A DNA stretch of 64,000 bases from the human T2T-CHM13v2.0 reference genome, Homo sapiens, in the NCBI RefSeq assembly GCF_009914755.1, contig NC_060925.1; one strand, given 5' to 3'. A program made the position numbers and the translations under genes. How positions within the stretch are numbered: the first letter of the stretch is position 1; each line of letters begins with the position of its first letter. The notes below the pieces were generated by a model, which was not told the origin of the DNA, did no database searches, and was given only the letters and a program-made list of their open reading frames with translations. Below, in pieces: positions 29,481-43,003 of the stretch.

Positions 29481-30529
29481 TTCTATTACACTACAATCTC
29501 TTTAATGATTTCTACAAAGGGTTCTAGGGGTTTTCATGCAAATAATTCTCCCGTGGCTCATAGTAATATCCCTTAGCGGCTTTGGAAATCAGAACAATTT
29601 AGGCCAACTTATGGTGGAATCATGTCTCATGTAGTTTTTCAGCTCCATCTGGCAAACAGCTCCCCCTGGCTCAAATAATCATTGTCCAGCTGACTGCTGG
29701 CAGTAGGGCAGGACTCCCTCAAAGAGTAGGACATGGGATATCTGCCCAAATCACTCTGTCTTGGGAATGAGTCTGTCTATACTGAATAGTTTATTATGCC
29801 TCAAGTTGGTATATTGCTGTGCAGCTGCCTCTGCAGTGGCAGCTGAATGCATCTGTCACACAGAATCTGCAGCCATTAATACTATTGTTATATTAGGCAC
29901 TGGGATTTTATTTCCCTCAATACTTTATTTCATTGAACAATATTGAATTTTCTTCTGCCAAAGTTGAGTTGTGAGACTAAATCGTCAGCAGATGTTTTAA
30001 ATTGTTCTGTTAATGATAGCTTGTTTCTCTTTCTGGTATTGTTTTATCTCTGAAGTATTGCTTTGGGTTTTCAATTTTGGTGGACAGATCTGTGCTTCTC
30101 CTCACTGCAGAACTTTAAGCAAGTCTCTAAGGCATGTCTTACTATTTTATTTCTTATTCTTAATGTGTCAGGCCAGGTTGGGCAGCAGCCTGCAGGAGCT
30201 GCAGTCTGTTTAACAGAAAGTTTCAGAACTACACTACAGAACTTTTTGGTGTGGTGAGAGGAAGAGGAAAACATTCTCACAGCAATACTCCAAAAAAAAA
30301 AAAAAAAAAGGAAATTCTACTCAGACTTTTGGTCTGCCAAGAGTTTTTCCACTAGATTCATGATGTAATCATTATGTTCCCTTTCTTCATGCACTTTCTC
30401 TCTCTCACTGCCATTCAGATGGAAATTTTCTACATAACTTGGGGGTCTCAAAGATCATTTACCCACAGACACCCTCCTGGGCTACTAATGAACATTAGAG
30501 CCACTGAGATAAATTACCTCATGTCCTTC

Positions 30530-31978
30530 TGAGAGGTGACAACGTGCTAGCAGCCCTCCCTCGCTCTCAGCGCCTCCTCGGCATGGGCGTTCACTCTGGC
30601 CATGCTCAAGGAGCTCTTCAGCCCACCACTGCGCTGAAGGGGCCCCTCTCTGGGCAGGCCTAGGTCGGAACCGGCTCCCTCTGCTTGAGGGGAGGTGTGG
30701 CGGGAGAGACGCAGGCGGGAACCGGGGCTGCGCGCAGCGCTCGGGCCAGCGCCAGTTCCGGGTGGTCACGGGCTCAGCGGGCCCCGCACTCGGAGCAGCC
30801 GGCTGGCGCCAACGGCCGCGGGCAGTGACCAGCTTAGCACCTGGGCCAGCAGCTGTAGAGGTTGCGCCGGGTCCCTCAGCACTGCCGGTCCGCCCGCGCA
30901 GCGCTTGAATTCTCGCCGGGCCTCAGCCACCCCGCCATGGGGCAGGGCTCGGGACCTGCAGCCCGCCATGCTCGAGCTTCCCCCACCCTTCATGGGCTCC
31001 GGCGCCCACCGAGCCTCCCCGATGGGCGCCGCCCCCTGCTCCAGGGCGCCCGGTCCCCTCGACCGCCTGGTCCCATGGACCGCCCAAGGCTGAGGAGTGC
31101 GGACGCGCGGTGCGGGACTGGCGGGCAGCTCAGCACACAGGATCTACTAGGTGAAGCCAGCTGGGCTCCTGAGTGGGGTGGTGACTTGGAGAACTTTTAT
31201 GTCTAGCTAGAGGTTTGTAACCACACCAATCAGTGCTCTGTGTCTAGCTCAGGGATTGTAAATGCACCAATCAACACTCTGTGTCTAGCTAAAGGTTTGT
31301 ATACCCACCAATCAGTGCTCTGTGTCTAGCTAATCTAGTGGGGACTTGGAGAAATTTACGTCTAGCTGGAGGATTGTAAATACACCAATCAGCACTCTGT
31401 GTCTAGCTCAGGGATTGTAAACACACCAGTCAGCACCCTGTCAAAATGGACCAATCAGCTCTCTGTAAAATGGACCGATCAGCAGGATGTGGGTGGGGCC
31501 AGATAAGGGAATAAAAGCAGGCTGCCCGAGCCAGCAACAGAGACCTGCTCAGGTACTCTTCCACTATGTGGAAGCTTTGTTCTTTCACTGTTCACAGTAA
31601 ATCTGCTGCTGCTCACTCTTTCGGTCTGCACCGCCTTTATGAGCTGTAACACTCACCGTGAAGGTCTGCAGCTTCACTCCTGAAGCCAGCAAGACCACGA
31701 GCCCACCGGGAGGGAGGAACAACTCCGGACAGGAGGAATGAACAGCTCCAGACGTGCCACCTTAAGAGCTATAACACTCACCATGAAGTTCTGCACCCTC
31801 ACTCCTGAAGCCAGTGAGACCACGAACCCACTGGAAGGAAGAAACTCTGAACACACCCAAGCATCAGAAGGAACAAACTCTGGACACACCATCTTTAAGA
31901 ACTGTAACACTCACTGCAAGGGTCCGCTGCTTCATTCTTGAAGTCAGTGAGACCAAGAACCCGCCAATTCCAGACACA
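30530..31978 (+). mobile_element. LTR12C-like (ERV9) solo LTR, ~1.45 kb
   Basis: TGAGAGGTGACAACGTGCTAGCAGCCCTC start, GC/CpG-rich 5' part, tandem CACCAATCAG..CTCTGTGTCTAGCT units, end ACCAAGAACCCGCCAATTCCAGACACA. Confidence 0.93.
31226..31516 (+). promoter_or_regulatory. ERV9 LTR enhancer/promoter: five CCAAT boxes, GC box, GATA site and AATAAAA TATA-like element
   Basis: CCAAT at 31226, 31267, 31308, 31385 and 31451; GGGTGGGG at 31491; AGATAA at 31501; AATAAAA at 31510. Activity is not shown by the sequence. Confidence 0.65.
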
Positions 31979-33690
31979 GAATTCAACTGTAAATCTGTCT
32001 TATCTTATCTTGGGCCTTTTTTGCGTGGTAGGCTATTTATTACTGCCACAATCTCAGAACTTGTATTGGTATATTCAGGGATTCAACCTCTTCTTGGTTC
32101 AGCTTTGGGAGGGGCGCGTACATGTCCAGAAATTTATCCATTTCTTCTAGATTTTCTAGTTTGTGTTGTTAGAGGTGTTTATAGTATTCTCTGATGGTTT
32201 GTATTTCTGTGGGGTCGATGGTGATATCTCTCTTATTTCTGATTGTGTTTACTTGACTCTTCTTTCTTTTCTTCTTTATTAGTCTAGCTAGCAGTCTATC
32301 AATTTTATTTTTTTTTTCAAAAAAACTACTTCTATATTCACTGATTTTTTTTTTAATGATTTTCCATGTCTCTATCTGCTTCAGTTCAGCTCTGATTTTG
32401 GTTATTTCTTGTCTTCTGCTAGCTTTGGGATTTGTTTGTTCTTGGTTCTCTAGTTCTTTTAGTTGTGATGTTAGGTTGTTAACTTGAGATCTTTCTAGCT
32501 TTTTGATGTGGGCATTTAGTTCTATAGATTTCCTTCTTAACACTGTCTTTGCCACGTCCCAGAGGTTCTGTTACATTGTGTCTTTGTTCTCATTAGTTTC
32601 AAATAACTTCTTGATTTCTGCCTTAATTTTATTGTTTATCGAAAAGTCATTCAGGAGCAGGTTGTTCAATTTCCAGATAATTGTGTGGTTTTGAGTGAAT
32701 TTCTTAATCTTGAGTTCTAATTTGATTGCTCTGTGGTCTGAGAGACTGCTTGTTATTATTTCAGTTCTTTTGCTGAGGGTGTTTTATTTACAATTATGTG
32801 ATCAATTTTACAGTAAGTTACATGTGTCAATGAGAAGAATGTATATTTTGTTGTTTTGGGGTAGAAAGTTCTGCAGATATCTGTCAGGTCCTCTTGATCC
32901 AGAGCTGAGTTCAAGTCCTAAATATCTTTGTTAATTTTCTGTCTCGATTATCTAATATTGACAGTGGGGTGTTAAAATCTCCCACTATTCTTGTGTGGGG
33001 GACTAAGTCTCTTTGTAGGTCTCTAAGAACTTCGTTCATGAATCTGGGTGCTTCTCTGTTGGGTGTATTTAAGTTTAGGATGTTTAGGTCGTCTTGTTGA
33101 ATTAAACCCTTTACCATTATTTAATGCCCTTGTTTGTCTTTATTTTCATCTTTGGTGGTTTAAAGTCTGTTACGTCAGAAAATAGGATTGCAATCCTTGC
33201 AATTTTCTGTTTTTCAATTGCTTGGCAAATTTTCCTCTATTCCCTTATTTTCAGCCTATGTGTGTCTTTGCATGTGTGATTGGTTTCTTGAAGACAGCAC
33301 ATCGATGGGTCTTGGTGCTTTATTCAGCTTGCCATTCTCTGTCTTTTAATTGGGGGATTTAGCCCATTTACATTTAAGGTTAGTATTGTTATGTGTGAAT
33401 TTGATCCTGTCATCATGAGGTTAGCTTGTTACTTTGTAACAGAGTGGGGTCACACTATCACTCACCACTTCCCTTGGCTTGGGGTGGTGGTTCCTTGGGC
33501 TCTGTGCCACTCCTGGGTGGTTTGTCACCCCCCTCCTTTTCTTTATTTTCCATGGGTCAAGTTGTTCACCTAGTTATTCCCAATGCAAGAACATGGATAT
33601 TTCCATTGAAGGTGCTGAATTCACTCACCCCTTTTCATTTCTCTTTGTGAGTGCTGCGGACTGCAGCTGCTTCTAATCAGCCGTTTTGTT
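31979..33690 (-). mobile_element. Older L1PA (about PA8-13) fragment: ~250 bp of 5'UTR fused to the first ~1.45 kb of ORF2
   Basis: Antisense ORF2 fragments ([23 protein letters not shown]); 5' end reads AAACGGCTGATTAGAAGCAGCTGCAG on the minus strand. Confidence 0.8.
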
Positions 33691-34204
33691 CCTACATCTG
33701 GCCTATCTTTGAAGTCTCAAAGGTGAGGAATAGGTCTGTCTCATTCACCACTGGATATCCAAAAAAAGAAGTAAAAGAACATATGTCATAGCTGCATCCA
33801 TACACTTTTGTACACTTTTACTCCTATTTTATTTTTAATCTCATATACTTCATTAACATTTAGCACCTGTTTGTTAATCACCATTTTATAGTTGCACAGA
33901 GCAAAACAATCCAATTTACTCTCGAAATTTAGTAATTGTTAGTCACCTTTTTCTTTCCTGCTGCATGTGTTTCCTCTCCTCATATCCAAGAAATAAGAAT
34001 AGGGAACATAGCTAGTTTACCTGTTACTAGCTTAATTTTGAGTGATACACACTGAAAGCAAAATCTTGTGTTATGCATTTGGAATGTGAGATCCAAAAAT
34101 TTTAAGTTCCTAGCAATTTAATAAAACTCTCTCTTTTTTAAGAATGTAGGGTTATTGCTTAACACTAATGTCTTTTATCTACTCAAACAATATTTACTTA
34201 ATAC

Positions 34205-34620
34205 CTAGTATTCTAGGCCTGCTGTAACAAAGTACCACAAACTGAGGCACTTATACAACAGAAACTTGTGTTCTCACACTTCTAGAGGATGGAAGTTGAC
34301 AATTGAGATATAGACAGGCTTAGTTCATTCTGAGAGCTGTGGGAGGAGGATCTGTTCCAGGCCTCTCTCCTGGTTTGTAAATGAATGTCTTCTTCCTGTG
34401 TCTCTTCACATAGTTTTCCCTCTATGTGTATCTGCCTCTGTGTCCAAAGTTCCTTTTCATAAGGACTTCAGTCATAGTGGATTAGGGCTCACAATTATTA
34501 CTTTGTTTTAACTTGATTATCTCTTTAAAGACCTTGTGTCCAAATAAAATACATATGAGATACTGGGATTAAGACTTGGATGTATGAATTTTTGTAGGAT
34601 ACAACTCAACCCATAACATA
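34205..34620 (-). mobile_element. MLT1A/C-type MaLR LTR
   Basis: GCTGTAACAAAGTACCACAAACTG...TCTCACACTTCTAGAGG...ACAACTCAACCCATAACA. Confidence 0.7.
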
Positions 34621-35645
34621 CCTATTATATCATTAGAAGTGATTTTTAAGCTGTGAGGGATACACATTTGTACTCTTTTTGGGTAGACTAAACTAACACT
34701 CATTAAACAGCAGTATATGACATAAACAACTATGCAACCAAGGGCTGAAATTAAGTAGACCTCATGTTTGTACTGTAGGAGTTCAAAAATAAAAATAGCA
34801 ATATGCATTAGAGTAATCAGAAAACATTTGAGGCTTTAATAAAAACAAAAGTTTAATAGAAATAAAGTTGAATAATAAAAATAGAATTTGGGTAAGTATG
34901 AAAAAGAAAAAAAGCATTTAAGTTAGAGGATATGGGTAAGAGCACAGAACCAAAATGGAAGGCATAGTCATGTCAGAGTGAATAGATGCTCTGACTCAGG
35001 GAGAAGGAACACATTGAGGAGAAACAGAAAAGATTAAAAAAATAAAGCTTAGGCCAGATAGAAGCAGTTTTTGGATATTAAATATGTAAAAATTTTTTGA
35101 GTATGAGATTGACAAAGATTATGATAGAATCCAGATATCATCACAATCTTTCACTACTTCCAATATTCGTACATTTTGCAATGGAACTTTTCAGCTCCTC
35201 CCATTCAGAGGTAGATACTATTATTTCTTTTCTTCTAGTGAATATGATGGCCTGTGACTTGTTTTTCCAATAGAAAGTCTGCTAATTAACAGTGAAGCAG
35301 TTTTGACTCTTGTCCTCAAATGAATGGCTGTGTACATGTCTCATTATCTTTCTCTCTCTCCCTTTCTCTCTTTTCCCATTGTGATACCATTTGAAGAGAT
35401 GTGGTCTAGCCTGCTGCCATGTGAAGGAAACCCACACAGGCAAGGGCATTCTTTATTGCTGGCCTCTAGTTGATCAACCAATTGCCAGCAAACACATGAA
35501 CAAGCTGAACCAAGGTCAGCTAGTCTGGTTCAGGCCAGAACAGCCTCCCATCCAGCACAAAGACTTCATATTTAAACCACAAAGTTTTTCAATTGTTTTT
35601 TAGGCAGCATTATTGTGGTAGAAGAGAAAACAAACTGTAACATTT

Positions 35646-36379
35646 TGTTACAATAGGTAGATAGTCAGGCATGAGAAGAGAGCAGGAGAAGGCTCCTCCC
35701 AAAACCCCTGCTCCACCTCACCAGCCACACACACACCAGGAATGTCAGTGGACCATTTGGTGATGGTCAGGAAGTTGTTAAACTGTCTCTCTAAAGTAAT
35801 AATTAGTCCCAGCTGGTGCCAGGGAAAGGCAGTCTCCCAATAGATTAAAAAAAGCTGAAACTGTTTATCAGCAGTTTCCCAGTAAGAGCTCAGGAATTGG
35901 GAAAGTTGGCTCAAGCATGTGCACTAAGAGGCAAAAGGTTGAAGTTTAACTGGTCTATGATCTTCCTCTAGGAATGGTAACTGATAAGGGAAGAACGCTT
36001 CAAGTGAGTGTGCACAGAACTCCAGTAAACAAATTGTGCATGTGGCCCCTCCCAAGTGCTAACAGGCCACTGTGTATGTGGATAGCCCACCTCAAGGGAA
36101 GAATCAGGCGAGAAGGGACACAAGACCTCAGAAGCATACCAACATATAAAACCCTAAGTCAAGGGTCAAACTGTGTACAAGTCACCCACTTGTCCTTCTT
36201 CCAAGTGTACTTTACTTCCTTTCAGTCCTACTCTAAAGTTTGTTAGTAAACTTTCACTCATGCTCTAAAAGTTGCCTTGGTCTCTCCTTCTGCTTTCTGC
36301 CCCTCAGTCAAATTATTTTTTCCTGAGGAGAAAAGAATTGAAGTTGCTGCAGACCCCTATGGATTTGCTGCCAGTGACA
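35646..36379 (+). mobile_element. MER50-like ERV1 solo LTR
   Basis: TGTTACAATAGGTAGATAGTCAGGCATGAG...CAGTGACA; flanks ATTT/ATCT; similar to 61246-61864. Confidence 0.75.
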
Positions 36380-36598
36380 ATCTGAATAATTGAAGGAAAA
36401 TAGATCGGACAGCAATAGTGGTGTGCATTGAAGTATTTGTGAGCCTATTTGGAAGTGAAGGTAGATGATTACAGTAAGGAAGAATATATAGGAAATTGAT
36501 TTAAGAATGAACTCAGACTAGAATACTAATAATTTAGTTTTACAATGAAAGAGTCATAAAAATATTATGAAGAGAAAACTGAAAAACCTTGCAAATAG

Positions 36599-37127
36599 AG
36601 GATTATAAATCATGCTGCTATAAAGACATAGGCACACATATGTTTATTGTGGCACTATTCACAATAGCAAAGACCAGGAACCAACCCAAATGTCTATCAG
36701 TGATAGACTGGATTAAGAAAATGTGGCACATATACACCATGGAATACTATGCAGCCATAAAAAAGGATGAGTTCATGTCCTTTGTAGGGACATGGATGAA
36801 GCTGGAAACCATCATTCTCAGCAAACTATCACAAGGACAAAAAAACCACACACCACGTGTTCTCACTCATAGGTGGGAATTGAACAATGAGAACACTTGG
36901 ACACAGGAAGGGGAACATCACACACCAGGGCCTGTCGTGGGGTGGGGGGAGGGGGGAGAGATGGCATTAAGAGATATACCTAATGTAAATGATGAGTTAA
37001 TGGGTGCACACACCAACATGGCACATGTATACATATGTAACGAACCTGCACGTTGTGCACATGTACCCTAGAACTTAAGAGTATAAAAAAACAAACAAAC
37101 AAAAAACAAAAACAAAACAAAACAAAG
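36599..37127 (+). mobile_element. 5'-truncated L1PA 3' end with (CAAAA)n tail
   Basis: DYKSCCYKD...[19 protein letters not shown]-rich 3'UTR, A-rich tail. Confidence 0.92.
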
Positions 37128-37161
37128 AAACTAGGGGAACATACAATCATCTGAGCAGTGA

Positions 37162-37633
<472 letters not shown>

Positions 37634-38844
37634 TCCCTCCTCATTTCTATCTCTTCTTTTACATCTCTCTCTTTATTCCTCAAAGTCTTCATGTTCATTA
37701 TTTTTGTTGTCCTCTTCTCTGATTTATTTCTCCATTTCCCATCATGCTTTCCTCCAACTCCCATCTCTCACCTACTATGTCCTCCATATGTGGATCTTTG
37801 TAAATGCCCCTCTCCTTAAATGCCCAATAGCCTTAGCTATATTAATTAATAAAAAACAGACTTATGAGCCAAGCTACAATGATAATACCCCAATATACAG
37901 GTCCTAGTCTACATGCATGCATACACTCCCATGACCATAGATTTCGGCTCAAGGTAACTGATTGGCATTCCAGGAAGGTCTGAACTGATCACAATCTTAT
38001 ACGCCATAGGATGACAACTTTGCTGTTTGCTGGAGAGAAGCTCATAGTGCTCTGTCAGCACCATCATGGCATATGTTATATCATTTTAGCATTCTTATAT
38101 TTTCTTCAACTCAGTCTGATGCGGCAACCTGTCCCCATATTGCTCAGAGTCCAGTCAGATAGTCTCATGACTCTCATTGCACACCTCATTTATGCCATCC
38201 ATTCCATGCTTACTTACTACTAAGGTTCAAGACATCATACGACCTTCTCAGAACCCATGATATAGCCCACCTTATCAGATTAATGACATTTTCAGCTTCC
38301 AGCCAGCAAATAAATAGTACCACTGACCAGATTTTCCTCGCTGACTCACTGTGCAGTTTACAGCATGTGTGATGAATGCTGCTGCTACTCTTGCACTGAT
38401 CCAGCTTTTCCAGGAGCTGCCTTCAGAGGCCAGGGAATAAAACCTGGAAAAGTGGGGAGATTTAATATTCAACGGGGTAAATGTTGACTTATGAGAGATA
38501 GGAGATGGAAAGGAGCTGGTGAATAAATTCTCTTCCACTTCTAGTAATTATTCTGAGGTCCTAGGTTTTCATAAAGTCTTGTTTGAGAAATGCTGCTTGA
38601 CAAGAAATCAGCTGTACTTTATGATGATGCTCTGGCCAATTTGGTCATTTGCTTTTCTTTCTTTCCTCCCATGCTACCTTTTCCTTCACTATTACTTTTC
38701 TGGGTTTGCAAGCACCCTAAAATGTTTGCTTCAGACTTGGTCTTCCAGGGAAATAATACTAAAACTTTTTTCCAAAGTTGCAATTACTAACGTCTATGGT
38801 GGTAATAAAACCAAGTTAGGCCACTTGAAGTCTAGCCACACTAT

Positions 38845-39530
38845 TTTTTATTGATATATAACATTTATACATACATAGTTGATACATGTGTTTTTTTTGT
38901 TATATGCATAGAATGTGTAATGGTTCAAGGCGGGGCATTTAGGGTATCCATCACCTTGAGTATTTACCATTTATATTTGTTGAACACATTTCAAGTCTTT
39001 GAAATATGCAACACTTTCTTGTTTACTATAGTCTCCCTACTCTGCTATTTAACTTTAAAATGTACTTCTATCTAACTTTATGTTTCTACCCATTATCCAA
39101 CCTCTCTTAATTCCCTCCCACCTCTCGTAATTCCCTCCCAACCCACATTCTTCCCTGTCTCTGGTATCTTTTACTCTGCCCTCTATCTTCATGAGATGAA
39201 CTTTCTTCACTCTCACATATAATAAGAATATTAAATATTTGTCTTTCTGTTTCTGGCTGATTTCACTTAACACAATAACCTCCAGTTCTATACATGTTGC
39301 TGAAAATGACAGAATTTCATTGTTTTATTGTGGATAGATAGCATTCCATTGTGTATATATACCACGTTTTCCTATATTCCATTGTGTATATATTCCATTG
39401 TGTATGTATACCAGGATTCCATTGTGTATATATACCACATTTTCATTTATCTATTGAAGGGCACTTAGGTTTACTTTATATCTTTGTTATTGTGAATCGT
39501 GCTGTAATAAACATAGAATTGCAAGTAAAA
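38845..39530 (-). mobile_element. L1MA 3' fragment
   Basis: Antisense MLSEISQKQKDKY-type ORF2 end and L1MA 3'UTR. Confidence 0.75.
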
Positions 39531-40227
39531 AAAAGGAGATGGGGAAATTAAGAAATTATTTGGCTTTTTGTCAAGTATTATAGCTAACCTTTTGCAACTT
39601 TCTTTTAAAATATTTCTGAAGTGATTTTTATGGAGCAAATAAGCAATTTTTTAACCCATTCCTTTCATCAGTTTGTTAAAATATACTTAGTCATTTGTGG
39701 TGCTAAGAATGGGAAGTTTGAAAAACATTTCTATAAAATGTGTGGTCACTTTTGAAACTTTCAGAAAAAAATAAAAAGGCTTTGCTTTGAATGATTAAAA
39801 TATGAACAACAAAGCAGCTTAGATTTTTGATAAGAACTTGCATTAAGATGACTTTGGTCTTTCAGTTAGTAAGATTTTCTACATGCTCCAGTTCCATGGC
39901 ATATCAAGGACAAAGTCAAATTGAACATTTTCCTGTCCTGCTCCTTGGCTTTCTGCCAGACTCATAGTGCTTCATTATACCTATCCTCTATTTTAAACTA
40001 AATCCTTCCCACAGTTGTTTTACCGGATGTGCCATCTGGGCAGGGAAGGATCTTATAAAATGAGTGTAAGAGGCACACCCATATATATAAAAACTATGAA
40101 AATGTGGATAAATATTCCAAGGATAATTTTTGTTTTACTTTGTTAGGGGACCAAGAATAAGATAAATTTTTGAATATTTGGGTAAGTTAATGGTCATGGG
40201 TATATGTTTGTTAAGAATGGGAGAATA

Positions 40228-40528
40228 GGCCGGGTGCAGTAGCTCATGCCTGTAATCCCAGCACTTTGGGAGGCCGAGGTAGGTGTATCACTATGTCAAG
40301 AGATCTAGACCCTCCTGGCCAACATAGTGAAATCCCGTCTCTACTAAAAATACAAAAATTAGCTGGGTGTGGCGGTGCGTGCCTGTAGACCCAGCTACTC
40401 CGGAGGCTGAGGCAGGAGAATCGCTTGAACCTGGAGACAGAGGTTGCAGTGAGCCGAGACTGTGCCACTGCACTCCAGCCTGGCAACAAGAGTGAAACTC
40501 GGTCTCAAAAAAAAAAAAAAAAAAAAAA
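40228..40528 (+). mobile_element. AluS (Sc-like) SINE
   Basis: Dimeric Alu, A tail, TSD GGAGAATA. Confidence 0.93.
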
Positions 40529-41957
40529 GGAGAATAGTAATCTTAGGTCGTTTTAATACAACTCTCATCAGTAATCAAGTAATTTTCTTTTAGGTCTATA
40601 TTAACCATTAAAACAGAATACATTAATTTTAGGTAGAAATTAGTGAGTGAAGAAGAAAAGAGAAAATATAAATGGTGCCTGCCTTTTCTCCCTTGGGCTC
40701 TTTAGTTGTGATTCTTCAAAGATCTGTACATCTGCACATCTGTTTTCCTTTTGTTACACAAATGTGTTACTTAAAGACAACGTGGAGACTTCAGTAATAC
40801 TAATGCTTCTGATAACAAGGCATATAATTTTGATACAGATCTGCATTACTGTGAACGATACTTGCTGGGAAGGCTTGCACAGTAACTGATGCAGTATATG
40901 ATACTAACCTACCACTGAGCCTGCCTCCAGCTACTCTATTTGAATGAAGTTAACTAGAATTAGCCTAAAGAGCCTCTGCTTTTAGTTTTTTATTTAATGA
41001 TTCAGCTCTTCTTTTGTGTTACAAATGAGAATTTAATATGGAAATAACTAATTTCCATGACAAGGCTTGGGTATTTGTGCAGCTTGTTCTTAGTGACTTC
41101 AGATGATTAAAAAACAAAATACAAAAAGAAGCAACATTTATCTTCAGTATATGCAAAATTATGAAACTAATGTTTCCTAGACTTAGATTTTTTTTTTCAC
41201 TTAGAAGTACATTACTAATAGCATCCCATGTTATTAAATTTACTAAACTTGATTTTTTAACAACTTTATTATTCAAGCTGCAGATGTACCTAACCTTTTC
41301 ATAAACCAATTTATTAATAGCAAACATGTATATTCTTTTCATTTTTAACTGATATTGGATAGAACATTGCAATGAACATATTTTAGGTAAAATCTATCTA
41401 CATGCAATAGGGTCATACAATTCAACTAGCATCACAATGCCAACTTACATTGTACTTAGACATAGGAGACCAGAGTGAACCAACTTGGATAGAGGCAGAA
41501 TAGGAAGGAATGTAACTCAGGTGGCCTTATTCAACAATATAATGTGTTTGACATCTATTCCATTGACCAGTGTTTTCTAGATTAAATAACTGATCACTTT
41601 AATGAGTACAACTAATATTTTCTGAAATAAAATACAATACCATAAAATGGAATATTACATACCAGGATGAATCACAATTAATATATTTTCAAAATGTTAT
41701 TTCAGTTTTGGGTGGAGTGCCTATAGATAAGAGAACAAGAGAGAAGGAGTGGTTGTGAAATGAATGTTTTACACATGGTAAAACAGAATAAGTGAAAGTC
41801 AGTGTGGTAGGTGATAGGAAGCCAATGAGGAATTTTCTATGTGGGAGAGAACTGTGTATGGAGCTTAGATTTGGAAATAAAGAAAGTAAAAAATCACATA
41901 GCAAGGCTTTTAAAATTGTGTAGTGAATAATCATTACTACCCAAACTTGGGCAGCGG

Positions 41958-42671
41958 TGTAACTGCCGAATGGATTCTTCTCACCAGCTGCCTGGATAGA
42001 GCTGATTTATCAAGACAGGGGAATTGGCAATAAAGAAAGACAGTTTAATACATGTAGAGCTGGCTAAAAGGGAGACCAGAGTTTTATTATTACTCAGATC
42101 AGCCTTTCCAAAAATGTGGAGGCTAGAGTTTTTCTAAGATACTTTGGCAGGCAGAGGGCTAGGGTATGAGTCCTGCTGATTGGTTGAAAATGCAATCATA
42201 GTGGTGTGGAAATGGTCCTTGAGTGCTGAGTCCCTTCTGGGTGAGTGTCACAGAGATGTCACTGGCCCTCTTGGGACCATCTGGTCAGAAACGCAAAAGC
42301 TTGAAAACACATCACAAAAGGTCAGTCTTAGGTTCTACAGTAGTAATGTTATTTACAGAAGGAATTAGAGAATTTGCAAATCTTGTGACCTCCAGAATAA
42401 TGGCTGGTAATCATTTTATTATGCCTGTATCTTGGGCAGATATCAGGCCCTTCTCACCCTCCTAATCTGGTGATCTTTCATTAGTTTTACAAAGGTGGTT
42501 TAGTTTTGGAAAGAGCTATTATTTAGACTAACTTCCTTCCAAAGTTTGCTTGGCTATTGCCCAGGAATGGCCAAAGGCAATTTGGAGGCTAAAGGCAAGA
42601 TGGAGTTGGCTAGGTCAGATTTCTTTCACTGTTATAATTTTCTCACTCTTATTTTCGCAAAGGTGATTTCA
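41958..42671 (-). mobile_element. LTR8A-like ERV1 solo LTR
   Basis: Minus strand starts TGAAATCACCTTTGCGAAAAT...CCAACTCCATCTTGCC and ends GCAGTTACA; TSD GCGG/GTGG (one CpG transition). Confidence 0.78.
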
Positions 42672-43003
42672 GTGGTAATGAAGATAAAGAGGAAGGAAGA
42701 GGTCTGAAAGATACGTAAGAATAATTGACAGTAATGGATGACTGGTTTGAAAGAACAGCAAGCAACTGATAATTACTCCAAATGTCTTTGGCCCAGGCAG
42801 AAGAGTGGATGGTGGTGCCATTAAGTGAGATAAGGAGCACAGGAAGGGGGAGCAGATTTTGACATGATAAATTGTCATCTCTGAAAATATGCATATTGGA
42901 TTAGGTAAATATTTTATTTGTGATGTCAAAAACTTTCAAAAGAGTTCAGAAGATAATTTAAATTGCAGTAGATTGAAAAGTAAATCTTGTGTAAAAAAGG
43001 TAG

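Noticed and set aside
30292-30309. Poly(A) tail of a processed pseudogene
   Set aside because: No adjacent AATAAA, TSD or recognisable upstream coding sequence; treated as a simple homopolymer.
30485-31206. GC-rich ORFs of 75-132 aa as a novel gene or gene-associated CpG island
   Set aside because: They lie almost entirely inside LTR12; stop codons are scarce because of GC content, and there is no recognisable domain.
31190-31480. CRISPR-like repeat array
   Set aside because: These are the degenerate tandem units of the ERV9 LTR; there are no unique spacers or cas genes, and the context is mammalian.
37920-38830. Ancient ERVL/LTR16-like element
   Set aside because: Too diverged to call without a profile search.
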